Position numbers and translations under genes: made by a program. 64,000 nt of DNA from Acidobacteriaceae bacterium (GTDB lineage: Bacteria; Acidobacteriota; Terriglobia; Terriglobales; Acidobacteriaceae). The notes beneath the pieces were generated by a model that was not told where the DNA came from, made no database searches, and saw nothing but the letters and a program-made list of their open reading frames with translations. The stretch is taken from NCBI GenBank assembly GCA_027306695.1, contig DAHUZH010000005.1:358-64357 (forward strand), read 5' to 3'. Of this stretch, positions 34,081-43,987 are shown piece after piece. Each line of letters begins with the position of its first letter. Positions within the stretch are counted from its first letter, which is position 1.

Positions 34081-34936
34081 GCTTTTGTTCCTCGGCTGCT
34101 GGGCGCAGATAGTTCAGCGTACGTTCGCGATCGTAATTGCCAAACGCGACTAAGATCACGTTCGCGAGCGCGATCGGCGCAACGTAGGAGGCGGTGAACG
34201 ATCCGCTTTCAACCGAGGACAAGAAAAATTCGTCGGTAAACTGGGCGATAGGAGAAATATAGGTGTCCGTGATGCCCACGCAATATGCGCCATTCTGCCG
34301 GGCTATCTGCAGACCCTCGATGGTCTGGCGCAGCCCCCGGCGAAAGCTGATGGCGATCACGAGGTCCTTGCGCCCGAGGGTCCGAGTCACATGCATTGTT
34401 CGCCCGGTGGTTGTGGCGATGAGCACGGGGAGACCAAGCAATGTCATCTGATATTCCATGTAGTGGACGAGGTTCGCGGCAAAATCCCCACCAAGGATGA
34501 GAATGCGCCGCGCCGAATGGATGCGCTTCGCGAGAAGGGTGATCCGGGATGGATCGAGGCTGTTGCGGAGCGCTGCCAGGTTTTTAAGGTCTTGGTCCAG
34601 GCAATCGCGTATGTGAGAGGGGATGCTGCCGTCCTTCGCGACGCTTGCCTGCATTCCTTCTAAAGATGTGGCATTGGCGATCGATAGGTCGTGCAGATAG
34701 TTTTGGAAAGAACGGTAGCCGTCAAAACCCAACTGCTGCACAATTCTCACAGTTGTAGCTGGGTCCGTACCTAATCGTTGCGCGGCGGCACGAACACTGA
34801 GCAGGACAAACTCACGCGGATTCTCAAGCACTGGCCGGATGATCTCCTGCCGACGTGGGCTAAGTTGGGCGATCTGGAGGGTGAGCCTGCCGACGGGGAC
34901 CGCATGGTTCTGGCGCGTATTGGGCTTCTTTTGCAT
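34055..34936 (-). CDS. MurR/RpiR-family transcriptional regulator (HTH_6 + SIS domain)
   Basis: 'LSVRAAAQRLGTDPATTVRIVQQLGFDGYRSFQNYL' is the RpiR HTH. 'RRILILGGDFAANLVHYMEYQMTLLGLPV...DLVIAISF' is a SIS phosphosugar-binding fold. Confidence 0.9.
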   Translation of the reverse strand: MQKKPNTRQNHAVPVGRLTLQIAQLSPRRQEIIRPVLENPREFVLLSVRAAAQRLGTDPATTVRIVQQLGFDGYRSFQNYLHDLSIANATSLEGMQASVAKDGSIPSHIRDCLDQDLKNLAALRNSLDPSRITLLAKRIHSARRILILGGDFAANLVHYMEYQMTLLGLPVLIATTTGRTMHVTRTLGRKDLVIAISFRRGLRQTIEGLQIARQNGAYCVGITDTYISPIAQFTDEFFLSSVESGSFTASYVAPIALANVILVAFGNYDRERTLNYLRPAAEEQKHGFRWYEV

Positions 34937-35215
34937 ATGGGAGGAGAATGAACGAAATCGGTTGGACGGTCAAGTCTTAATCCAGGTATCGTCAATTCGC
35001 AAATCTACCCGCGTATATATGAATCAAACGTTTGTTGGTGGCGCTCTTATTCTGCAAGCATTTAGTATGCAAGGATGCAAAAGAAAATATACTATACGCG
35101 GCCTTCGATACATGCAACAATTGTTTCTAATTTCGATGACTTCAAGAACATTCTTCGCAGCAGGCGGTGTTGACCACGGACTTCCATGCACCGAGTGATT
35201 CCCTGGAGTGTGTAG

Positions 35216-36943
35216 ATGTACATTCGACCCACTTATCGAAACAGTGTCCTCCGAGTCCTTGGCATGGCCGTGGCCCTTGCGCCATATCTGTGCGCAACGC
35301 CATCCGTCGCCGCAAATCCGCAGCGTATTTCCTCGATAGCAGCGAAGCAGCCGATGTACGACATCGTAATACGCAACGGCAGGGTCCTGGATGGAGCGGG
35401 CAATCCATGGATTCACGCCGACGTTGCTATCTCCAACGGCCATTTCGTCAAGATCGGACGCATCGCAGGAAAGGGCAAACGGGAGATCGACGCCACGGGC
35501 GATTATGTTACGCCAGGCTGGATCGACATGATGGACCAGTCGGGAGAGGTGCTGCTCAAGAACGGACTGGCCGACAATAAATTGCGAGAGGGTGTGACCA
35601 CCGCGATTTCGGGGGAAGGCGGCACGCCGGTCCCTGCGGAAAAGATCCCAGAATATTTTGCGCAGCTTCAACGACAAGGGACCAGCCTGAACTTCGGCTG
35701 TTACTACAGTGAAGCGCAGGCGCGCGTTGCCGTACTGGGTTATGTGGACCGCAAACCCACGGTTGCGGAACTGGATCGCATGAAGGGCCTGATGGCCACA
35801 GCCATGCAAGGCGGAGCGATGGGCATGACGACGGCGCTCATCTATCCACCATCCAGCTTTGCCACGACCGATGAATTGATCGCAATGGCCAAGGTCGCCG
35901 GGCAGTATGGTGGCATCTACGCCAGTCATATGCGCGATGAAGGCAAAGGCGAGCTACAGGCAGTCGATGAACTCATTGAGATCGCGGACAAGGGACATTT
36001 GCCGGCAGAAATCTTCCATCTGAAAGTCGCCTATCAGCCCGACTGGGGAAAAACCATGCAGGAGATAGGCCAGCATGTTGCCGCAGCACGTGCGCGCGGA
36101 GTGGAGGTCGCTGGCGATCTCTACGTGTACACGGCAGGCGGCACTGGCCTCGAGGCCACAATTCCATCCTGGGCGCAAGAAGGTGGAGTCGCTGCGCTGA
36201 AGAAACGCCTCCGCGATCCTGTCATCCGCGCCCGCCTTAAACAGGAACAAAAGACCGGATCGCCCGGCTGGTGGAACGTCATCGAGGCTTCCGGGGGATG
36301 GGATGGAATCGTCCTGGTGAATGCCGCCAATCCAGCCAACGAGAAGTATGAGGGCAAAACCATGACGGAAGTCGCGAAGGAAATGGGCACAGACCCCGCC
36401 GATGCGGCCTTCGATTTAGTGGAGCAAGGCCAGTCCCGGGTGTTGGCAATCTATCACATGATGGGTGAGCAGGACATCGACATCGCACTGCGTTTCCCAT
36501 GGACCAGTATTGGCAGCGATGCGGGTAGCTCGGCCATTGCTGGCGGGGATGATGCACTCGGGCTTCCTCACCCGCGAGCTTATGGTAATTTTCCTCGCGT
36601 GATTGCGCGTTATGTAAAGGAAGAACACGTCCTCACGCTGGAAGATGCGATTCGTAAAATGACTTCATGGCCTGCGGAGCGCATGCGCTTGAATGGACGC
36701 GGCGTCATTCGCCAAGGCGATTGGGCGGACGTCACGATCTTCAATTACGACAAAATCCAGGACCGCTCCACGTATGCGCAGCCGGACCTGTACCCCACGG
36801 GAATTGATTACGTGCTGGTTAATGGCCAGGTAGTCGTCGATCAGGGAAAACACACCGGAGCGAAACCAGGAATGGTGCTGTATGGACCAGGCCATTCTCC
36901 CAATCGTTTGCCCAAAGCGACTGAGAATCGGAAGAGTAGATAG
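35216..36943 (+). CDS. Exported D-aminoacylase-like amidohydrolase (N-acyl-D-amino-acid deacylase family), paralogue 2
   Basis: GGAG lies 7 nt upstream of ATG 35216. Signal-like N-terminus. 'YDIVIRNGRVLDGAGNPW...TPGWIDMMDQSG', 'GGIYASHMRDEG', 'IFHLKV', 'LPHPRAYGNFPRVIARYV'. ~50% identical by eye to the C-terminal half of the fusion. Confidence 0.85.
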   Translation: MYIRPTYRNSVLRVLGMAVALAPYLCATPSVAANPQRISSIAAKQPMYDIVIRNGRVLDGAGNPWIHADVAISNGHFVKIGRIAGKGKREIDATGDYVTPGWIDMMDQSGEVLLKNGLADNKLREGVTTAISGEGGTPVPAEKIPEYFAQLQRQGTSLNFGCYYSEAQARVAVLGYVDRKPTVAELDRMKGLMATAMQGGAMGMTTALIYPPSSFATTDELIAMAKVAGQYGGIYASHMRDEGKGELQAVDELIEIADKGHLPAEIFHLKVAYQPDWGKTMQEIGQHVAAARARGVEVAGDLYVYTAGGTGLEATIPSWAQEGGVAALKKRLRDPVIRARLKQEQKTGSPGWWNVIEASGGWDGIVLVNAANPANEKYEGKTMTEVAKEMGTDPADAAFDLVEQGQSRVLAIYHMMGEQDIDIALRFPWTSIGSDAGSSAIAGGDDALGLPHPRAYGNFPRVIARYVKEEHVLTLEDAIRKMTSWPAERMRLNGRGVIRQGDWADVTIFNYDKIQDRSTYAQPDLYPTGIDYVLVNGQVVVDQGKHTGAKPGMVLYGPGHSPNRLPKATENRKSR

Positions 36944-36955
36944 CTTTCAGAAAGT

Positions 36956-37474
36956 TTATTTCGCGAGTTCATAATGAAAGCCGAAGCGGCCAATCAGCAT
37001 CAGTGAGTGCTCGCTCGGAGTAAGTATCTGGAAGGACTCGATGCGGCGGCGAGTTTCGTCCCGGCTCGCCTGAACCTCGCCAAGGTATCTTCCGGAAGCC
37101 GCCTCATAAAATAAGACCTGCAGGCTGTCCTTTACTCGATGCCACCCAAATACGTATTGTCCCGGCGGCAAAGAGGCTGTACCGATCTTCAGCGGGACTT
37201 GTGTGGCGAGGAAATTGGAGTATTTCCCATCTGCGGAGTATCCCGCTGTGATGAGAACAACGCCAGCCACATATTGTCCTTCGCTGTTTACGATTCCAGA
37301 TGCTGTGCGGGATTCTGTTTCAATGCGCTCTTTTACGACAGGAGCTCGTGCCGGAATCCATGCCATCAGTTCCTTCTGGGTAGCAGAGCGCCATACATCG
37401 GCTGAGGAAACAGGCATCGCAAACATTGTGGTTGTGAATGCAACGAGAGAGACTGCGAATATGCGACGTGTCAT
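36956..37474 (-). CDS. Hypothetical exported protein
   Basis: 172 aa with signal peptide MTRRIFAVSLVAFTTTMFAMPVSSA. Lies 35 nt downstream of the response regulator on the same strand. No family recognised. Confidence 0.6.
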   Translation of the reverse strand: MTRRIFAVSLVAFTTTMFAMPVSSADVWRSATQKELMAWIPARAPVVKERIETESRTASGIVNSEGQYVAGVVLITAGYSADGKYSNFLATQVPLKIGTASLPPGQYVFGWHRVKDSLQVLFYEAASGRYLGEVQASRDETRRRIESFQILTPSEHSLMLIGRFGFHYELAK

Positions 37475-37509
37475 TCCATCCCCGATTCGGCGGAAGCCAG
37501 AAGCTCTTG

Positions 37510-38133
37510 CTAAAAATGCACGATGCCGCGCTGTAGCGCTGTGGTAACGGCCTGTGTGCGGTCCGTTACGCCTAACTTGCCAAGGATGCTGTTGATGTGA
37601 GTTTTCACTGTCGCTTCCGAGATGGTCAATTCCTGGCCAATCTCCTTGTTGGATTTGCCGGAGACAATTTCGCGGAGAACATCCATCTCCCGGTCCGTGA
37701 GCGATGGCCGTGTCATTCGTTCCGTGAGACGCTCCGCAACCTCCGAAGGAATTCTGGATTTGCCAGAGTGGACCGCGCGGATCGCATCCATGAGTTCATC
37801 GCCAGACATCCCTTTCAAAAGATAGCCGCGAGCGCCAGCATCGAGTGCACGATGAATGTCTTCATCCCCGTCGTAGGTCGTCAATACGATGATGCGCGCC
37901 TGGGGAAACTGGCTGCGAATGCGGGTTATGGCCACGACGCCACCCATACCTGGCAAACGTAAATCCATCAAGGTAACATCCGGCAGGTGTTTCTGGAACA
38001 ACTCGATGGACTCACGCCCATCGGCTGTCTCGGCAACTACCTGCATCCCAGGTACGGCGTTGATTAAAGCGACGAGGCCTTGCCTTACCACATGATGATC
38101 TTCCACCACCATGATCTTGATCGAGTCGGGCAT
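37510..38133 (-). CDS. NarL/FixJ-family response regulator (REC + LuxR-type HTH)
   Basis: 'IKIMVVEDHHVVRQGL...DVTLMDLRLPGMGG' is REC. 'LTDREMDVLREIVSGKSNKEIGQELTISEATVKTHINSILGKLGV' is GerE/LuxR HTH. ATG 38133 has AGGAAA upstream; the tracked ORF extends to ATG 38181. Confidence 0.9.
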   Translation of the reverse strand: MPDSIKIMVVEDHHVVRQGLVALINAVPGMQVVAETADGRESIELFQKHLPDVTLMDLRLPGMGGVVAITRIRSQFPQARIIVLTTYDGDEDIHRALDAGARGYLLKGMSGDELMDAIRAVHSGKSRIPSEVAERLTERMTRPSLTDREMDVLREIVSGKSNKEIGQELTISEATVKTHINSILGKLGVTDRTQAVTTALQRGIVHF

Positions 38134-38198
38134 CGTATTTCCTGTCTTCTGAGCCGTATTTATAGCTGCGGCCCGCAACATATTGCACTTTATACATA

Positions 38199-41100
38199 TT
38201 ACTCAAGCGGTACTTCCACGGATATTCTGGTTCCCGCTCCAGGGTTGCTATCTATCATGAATGTTCCACCGATCGCTTCCGTTCTTTCACGCATCCCTAT
38301 CAGTCCAAAGTGACCTTCTTGTCTGGATGCAGCCATGTTTGTTGTAAACCCAACACCATCATCTTCGATCCGCATATGCAGACGCGCAATATCGTATTGC
38401 ATCTGGATTTGTATGCGTGTGGCTTTTGCGTGGTGCAGAACATTTGCGACTGCTTCGACCGCAATCTTGAGGATTTCAGATTCGATTTCATCGGTAAGCG
38501 ACCGATAGGTCCCGGTGAATTGAATGTCCGTCTCCAGCGGCTTGCCGGCTGTTCGCTGTTTGATTGCGGTTGAAAACCTGGATGCAAAGTCAAGCGTTCC
38601 GTCTTCATTTGAGCGAAGATTCCAGATGGAACGACGCGCCTCGGAAAGGCTGTCGCGTACCAGCTTGCGTGTCTGGTCCAACTGCTCCCGAACCAATTGT
38701 GGTGAAGTCGCAAGCATCTGTGTAACCAACTCCAACTGTAGTGAGATTCCAACAAAGCCTTGCGCCAGTGTGTCGTGAATTTCGCGGGCAATGCGGGTAC
38801 GCTCCGCCAGCACGGCGCTGAAACGAGACTCAACCTGTTGGACGCGCCAACGATAGACAAGCCAGCCGATGAAAAAAATCAACACAGCACACAGGAGATA
38901 GAACCAGTACGTCTGGTAAAAGTACGGCTCAAGCCGAAATGCAAAAGATGCGGGGGCCGTACTCCACACTCCATCATTGTTGGCGGCGAGCACCTGAAAG
39001 CTGTATTTTCCAGGCGGAACGTTTGTGTAATAGGCCACACGCCGCGTGCCGGCATCGATCCAGGAATGGTCGAAACCCGAGAGGCGGTATTTGAAATGCA
39101 CCTTTTGCGGAGCTACAAAGCTGAGTCCAGCATAGCGAAATGAAAACCGACTATGCCCCGGAGTTATTTCAATTGGCCCATCCAGAGGCATATTTTTTTC
39201 ATCGACAGAAACCTGCTCGATGGCAACCAACGGAGGAACGGTATTCCGTTCAAAATTTTCTGGATCGATCCATGCCACACCTTTTAGCGTGGAGAACCAC
39301 AGAGTCCCGTCGCTGGCCTTCCACGAAGAGGGATGGCCAATACCGCTACACTCGCTGATCTTCATTCCGTCCGCCGTGCCATAGGATGTAATCGGTATGG
39401 TTCGGATTCGACCCGAAGCAAAGCCAATTAAATCGCTGTTGCGCACCCGGAAAATCCCCGTGTTTGAGCTGATCCAGAGGTGGCCTGAATCATCTTCCAG
39501 AATTCCATCGATGACATCTGGAAGCCCAAGGCTTGGCGCGAAGGACCGAATCTCCGCTTGCGAATCGGCTTTACGGAGAAGGTTGAGACCTTCTCCATTC
39601 GTGCCGATCCAGAGATCGCCCTGTCGATCTTCATATAATGCAGTGATGACGTTACTCGAAAGCCCATTTTTTTTTGTATAGTTCTTGAATCTTCCATGCT
39701 GAAAATGGCTAAGCCCGTGCAGCGTCCCAATCCATAAACTGCCGTCTCTGCCTTTTGTCGTGGCCCCGACAAAATCATTGGCCAGCCCGTCGGCTTGCGT
39801 ATAGATGGTTGAGCGGCCGTCTTTCACGCACGCTAGTCCATGCTTGGTTCCAACCCACAAAGAACCAGCGGAATCTGCCAGGAGCGACCGAACAAATTCA
39901 TCGGGCAGGAGATCGGCGGAGTTTGCTGGGGTGAACCGGCCATGCTCCATAGAATTGAGTCCATTTGGAGTTCCAGCCCACAAATTTCCGTTTTTGTCTT
40001 CTGCGAGAGCTAGGATCGTATCGCTGGTCAGCCCCTGTTTTACCGTGTAGGCCAAGATATGGTTGCCATCGTAACGATCGAGACCACCGCCATCGGTACC
40101 GACCCATATATGTCCCTGACGGTCCTGCAATACGGAACTCACAAGGTCGTCGGATAGACCATCGCTGGATGTAAGGGTCGTGAACTTCTGGTCTCGCAGG
40201 ATTGCAACGCCGCTGGATTCCGTGCCGACCCACAGAGATCCCTCACGATCTTCATAAATCGCAAGTATCAGATTTTTGGACAGGTCTTGTTTGGAAGAAA
40301 AAGCACTAATCTCTCCATCGATGATGCGGGCGATTCCATGATTCGTGCCCACCCATACTGCTCCTTCGTGGTCCTGGTAAATCGTCTGGATTTGATTGCC
40401 CGGCAAACCATTTTTAGTGGTATATGCCTTCAGGCTTCCTTTCGTCATTACCGCAAGGCCGGCAGGAGTGCCAATCCATATATTTCCTGACAGGTCTGCA
40501 AGCAAGACATCTACTTCATTGTCGGGCAATCCTTCGGCGAGGCCATACGTGCGGAGCGTACCATTTGACAGCAGATGCAGTCCGCTCTGCGTGCCGAGCC
40601 ACAGGTTGCCCGATCCGTCGCTTTCAATTGCGCGGACCGTCTCGCTTTCCGGTGGAGCGCCAACAATGCGTCGCACAATGCGTCCGCTTCGGATTTGATT
40701 CAGGCCGCTGTCGGTTGCTACCAACAAGGATCCATCCGGGCCGTTTGTGAGTGCGTTGACAGTATTACTGGAGAGCCCTTGGCGCGTTGTATATGGGATG
40801 AAACGATCCTGACTGTAATAAGCTAGCCCGCCTGCCGTAACGGCCCAGATTGCACCTTTGCTGTCTTGAAATGTGCTCCATACATTGTTGTCCGGTAGGC
40901 CTTGGGATGTGGTGAATAAAGCGATGTTGGAGCGGTTCAATCTAGTAAGTCCGTCGGCAGTAGCGATCCACAGGTTTCCTTCCCGGTCTTCCAGAAGATT
41001 TCGGATGTCATTGCTGAGCAGCTGCGGGGTATTTCTTCGGTTGTAGACCGTGAAATCGATCCCATCGAATCGAGCCAGTCCTTCGCGGGTTGCGAACCAG

Positions 41101-41402
41101 AGATATCCATCGTAGGTCTGCAAAATCGCACGCACAGAATTCTGAGGCAGACCATTGTCTATCTGCCAGATTTGCTGTCCATATTGGCCCAGCTTTCGAC
41201 CGGGGTTCAGTGCATGGGCTGAAACGCCTGCCAGTACGATGAGTGTCAGTGGAATCCAGCGAAGCCGCTGGACCACGCGGATGGAAGGGACAAACCCCCA
41301 TTTGTATTTTGGAACATGATGCATCATGGCAGTCGAAGCAGAGCGAACCATGCATTGCGCACTCAAGCCGAAACCCATCGAAAGGCTGGGTCTGCCATTC
41401 AT
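38199..41402 (-). CDS. Sensor histidine kinase with periplasmic two-component-regulator beta-propellers + Y_Y_Y domain, HisKA_3 + HATPase_c
   Basis: About 700 aa of repeats such as 'DREGNLWIATADGL', 'GAVWVGTNHGI' and 'GSLWIGTLHGL' (Reg_prop). 'FKYRLSGFDHSWIDAGTRRVAYYTNVPPGKYSFQVLAANNDGVWS' (Y_Y_Y). TM 'YWFYLLCAVLIFFIGWLVY'. 'ERTRIAREIHDTLAQGF' (HisKA_3). C-terminal ATPase. Start among several Met codons is uncertain. Confidence 0.9.
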   Translation of the reverse strand: MNGRPSLSMGFGLSAQCMVRSASTAMMHHVPKYKWGFVPSIRVVQRLRWIPLTLIVLAGVSAHALNPGRKLGQYGQQIWQIDNGLPQNSVRAILQTYDGYLWFATREGLARFDGIDFTVYNRRNTPQLLSNDIRNLLEDREGNLWIATADGLTRLNRSNIALFTTSQGLPDNNVWSTFQDSKGAIWAVTAGGLAYYSQDRFIPYTTRQGLSSNTVNALTNGPDGSLLVATDSGLNQIRSGRIVRRIVGAPPESETVRAIESDGSGNLWLGTQSGLHLLSNGTLRTYGLAEGLPDNEVDVLLADLSGNIWIGTPAGLAVMTKGSLKAYTTKNGLPGNQIQTIYQDHEGAVWVGTNHGIARIIDGEISAFSSKQDLSKNLILAIYEDREGSLWVGTESSGVAILRDQKFTTLTSSDGLSDDLVSSVLQDRQGHIWVGTDGGGLDRYDGNHILAYTVKQGLTSDTILALAEDKNGNLWAGTPNGLNSMEHGRFTPANSADLLPDEFVRSLLADSAGSLWVGTKHGLACVKDGRSTIYTQADGLANDFVGATTKGRDGSLWIGTLHGLSHFQHGRFKNYTKKNGLSSNVITALYEDRQGDLWIGTNGEGLNLLRKADSQAEIRSFAPSLGLPDVIDGILEDDSGHLWISSNTGIFRVRNSDLIGFASGRIRTIPITSYGTADGMKISECSGIGHPSSWKASDGTLWFSTLKGVAWIDPENFERNTVPPLVAIEQVSVDEKNMPLDGPIEITPGHSRFSFRYAGLSFVAPQKVHFKYRLSGFDHSWIDAGTRRVAYYTNVPPGKYSFQVLAANNDGVWSTAPASFAFRLEPYFYQTYWFYLLCAVLIFFIGWLVYRWRVQQVESRFSAVLAERTRIAREIHDTLAQGFVGISLQLELVTQMLATSPQLVREQLDQTRKLVRDSLSEARRSIWNLRSNEDGTLDFASRFSTAIKQRTAGKPLETDIQFTGTYRSLTDEIESEILKIAVEAVANVLHHAKATRIQIQMQYDIARLHMRIEDDGVGFTTNMAASRQEGHFGLIGMRERTEAIGGTFMIDSNPGAGTRISVEVPLE

Positions 41403-41954
41403 TTTCGGGTCCAGGGCAGACGAGTTTGGCCTCTGTACATTCGGAATTGCCTCTTGAAAGCTGGATACATTCTAGCCCGTTGCGAACAGTTGACCGCACG
41501 GATATTGTTTTCTTTACATGGGGTGTCATCCTCCCATTTGCGACGGCCCACTTCGATTTGCTGCAATGCGCTTCGGCGTCTACCGCTTCTTTGCTATTCT
41601 CCCAGATATCTCTGTATTAGTTTCTCTCTGGTGTCGTTAGTACAAAACTTGCTAGCATTCCACACGCGCGGCAATCTGCACTTTCATGCTTGGTTTAATA
41701 GAATCATACGAGCGGTAAAAAAGCCCCCTGGGTCTGTTGAACGGTGTCACCAGATTATTTGTGACTCTGCGTAGAAACGAAGGCCAACCCTGCCGTAAAT
41801 TGATAAAATAGAGATTGCTTCTTTAGTATGGAGCAAGGTTTGATCGGGAAAAATCTCTGAATTACGCTGACGATATTCTCGTAAATCATTGATTATAAAT
41901 GGATAGCAAGAGGTTTCGGATTGCCGAATCTGTGAAGGCTCCTGGATTTGTGGC

Positions 41955-43586
41955 GTGTTGCTAGAGTGCTCTTTTGCCCAACAGGCGTCTTTTCAGGATG
42001 TGAAGCATGCCGCCGGAGGCACTTTTTTGAATTCAGTCGTAGTTGAAGCTCCCATTGTTGCGCTCCCCGCTGCACAACCCAAGGCCGCTGCGCGAGCAAC
42101 AGTCATCCCTGCGTCCGTGATCCTCATAGCTCTCACCGCATTTGCAGCGATCATTCAGGGCTATCATCCCTACGCAGACGATGCGGGGATTTATATCGCG
42201 GGAGTAAAACTCGCGCTTCATCCATATCTTTACGGCTCAAGTTCAGCGTTTATTACCGGGTATACGCACCTCTCGATTTTTTCCAGTTTGATTGCAGCCA
42301 TGGTGCGGATGACACATTTGCCACTGCCATACGTGCTGTTCGGGATCCAATTATTCACCACCTGGCTGGTACTCTACAGTTGTTGGAAACTTGCACTGAA
42401 GTGTTTTTCAAGCCCTCAAGCGCGCTGGGGCGCTGTTACATTGGTGGCGGTCTGTTTGACCATGCCGGTGGCAGGGTCTGCGCTGTTCATCATGGATCCC
42501 TATGTTACCAGCCGTTCTTTTTCAACACCTTTGACGCTTCTTGCCATTGGGGCCGCTCTCGATCGGCGGTTCCTCAAGGTCTTTTTATGGTTGGTGGCTG
42601 TTGGACTTCTTCATCCTCTCATGGCAATTTATGCTGCGGGATTTCTGCTATTGCTTTGGATGATGCAAGAGGAACGCTGGCTGACCGTATCGGCACTGTG
42701 TGCGATGTCCATTTTTGCAGGCGCTGTCCTTCAATTTTCCCAGCGAAATGTTGTTGAATCCGCAGCCTATAGGACTGCCGCACTCACTCGGGCTTATTTT
42801 TACCTCTACAGTTGGAAATGGTATGAATTGTTCGGGCTGGTTGCGCCTCTGGCATTGATGTTTGCGTACTGCTGGTGGCAGAGATTCAATTTCCGCAAAT
42901 CGAGTGTTGCGCTCTGCGGCACATGTATTGCGATCGGGATGAGTTCCATAATCGTTTCGCTACTTTTTTCACATCCTGAAAGCCATTCACACTTGGTTGC
43001 ACGCCTGCAAACTATCCGTTCTTTTCTTATCATTTACATCATTCTGTTTATGGGGCTTGGAGGCCTGGTTACACAATATTTACTGAAGGGATTTGTTTGG
43101 CGCTGGGCGTTGGTGTTTCTTGGGATTGCATCCATCATGTTTGTAGCGCAACGTCGCGATTACCCAGCCTCTGCTCACAGCGAATTACCCTGGGTGCATT
43201 CCAGCAATAGCTGGAGCCAGGCATTTATTTGGATACGGAAAAACACGCCTGCCAATGCCGTCTTCGCATTGGATGCCAACTACATTGGGGCCAAAGGAGA
43301 AGATACGCAAGGTTTTCGTGCTATGGCTGAACGCAGTTCTCTGGCCGATTACTCTAAAGATGGAGGCACGGCGGCAGCCTTCCCACTGGTCGCAAAAAAA
43401 TGGATGGTAGAACATACTGCCGATACAAACCTCAACCGAATCAGCGACCAAGAGCGAATTCGGAGGCTTGCACCCCTGGGAGTCAGTTGGCTTGTACTCC
43501 AAAAAAATGCGGACACCCAGTTCGTTTGTCCATTTCACAATGCTGTCGTGAAAGTTTGTCAGTTGCCAAAATACGCAAGTAAATAG
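41955..43586 (+). CDS. Polytopic membrane protein, possibly GT-C-fold glycosyltransferase-like; function unknown
   Basis: 543-aa ORF with ~11 hydrophobic helices. It has an acidic 'YADDAGIY' motif in the first extracytoplasmic loop, like GT-C enzymes, and a ~130-aa soluble C-terminus. No in-frame ATG near the 5' end, so the start is GTG 41955 or TTG 41958. Confidence 0.6.
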   Translation: MLLECSFAQQASFQDVKHAAGGTFLNSVVVEAPIVALPAAQPKAAARATVIPASVILIALTAFAAIIQGYHPYADDAGIYIAGVKLALHPYLYGSSSAFITGYTHLSIFSSLIAAMVRMTHLPLPYVLFGIQLFTTWLVLYSCWKLALKCFSSPQARWGAVTLVAVCLTMPVAGSALFIMDPYVTSRSFSTPLTLLAIGAALDRRFLKVFLWLVAVGLLHPLMAIYAAGFLLLLWMMQEERWLTVSALCAMSIFAGAVLQFSQRNVVESAAYRTAALTRAYFYLYSWKWYELFGLVAPLALMFAYCWWQRFNFRKSSVALCGTCIAIGMSSIIVSLLFSHPESHSHLVARLQTIRSFLIIYIILFMGLGGLVTQYLLKGFVWRWALVFLGIASIMFVAQRRDYPASAHSELPWVHSSNSWSQAFIWIRKNTPANAVFALDANYIGAKGEDTQGFRAMAERSSLADYSKDGGTAAAFPLVAKKWMVEHTADTNLNRISDQERIRRLAPLGVSWLVLQKNADTQFVCPFHNAVVKVCQLPKYASK

Positions 43587-43987
43587 TAGTCGGACGTGGT
43601 CACAGTAAGGATCAAGCGACCCTCTATATTTTTGTAAAATGAAGGAAGCAACGCCAGGTGTAGGCAGCTCCTCATACTATTTTCTAAGCGTGTCCTGAAT
43701 ACTGCTACTCTGCAATCTTTGCAGACACCTACGCAACCAATGAACAGCCAACCGCGGAGAAGAGTGAGGAGTTTTTTCACCGGAAGTCTCTTACCGGTTG
43801 CGCAGCGGCGTAGGGAATGTCAAGAAAAGCGGCCGAATGCGTAAATGAATCGAAGGAGTTTCCTTCTAGGGTTTCAGCATCGATCATTGCCTCCGGCGGC
43901 CTCACTAATGTATCGTGCTCAAATCTTCCCACGCCAGGACTTCATGAGCGTCCAGAAAAGCGCCAATGAAAGTACCATGGCAGTTAG

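Noticed and set aside
35024-35929. 301-aa ORF antisense to D-aminoacylase paralogue 2; also 55459..56337 and 46153..46860 antisense to rhaEW and pgi
   Set aside because: Shadow ORFs opposite genes with unambiguous homology.
43559-43780. 73-aa minus-strand ORF with a lipoprotein-like N-terminus (MKKLLTLLRGWLFIGC...)
   Set aside because: It has a GTG start without a convincing RBS, an atypical lipobox (F-I-G-C) and overlaps the 3' end of the membrane-protein gene. Not excluded, but unsupported.
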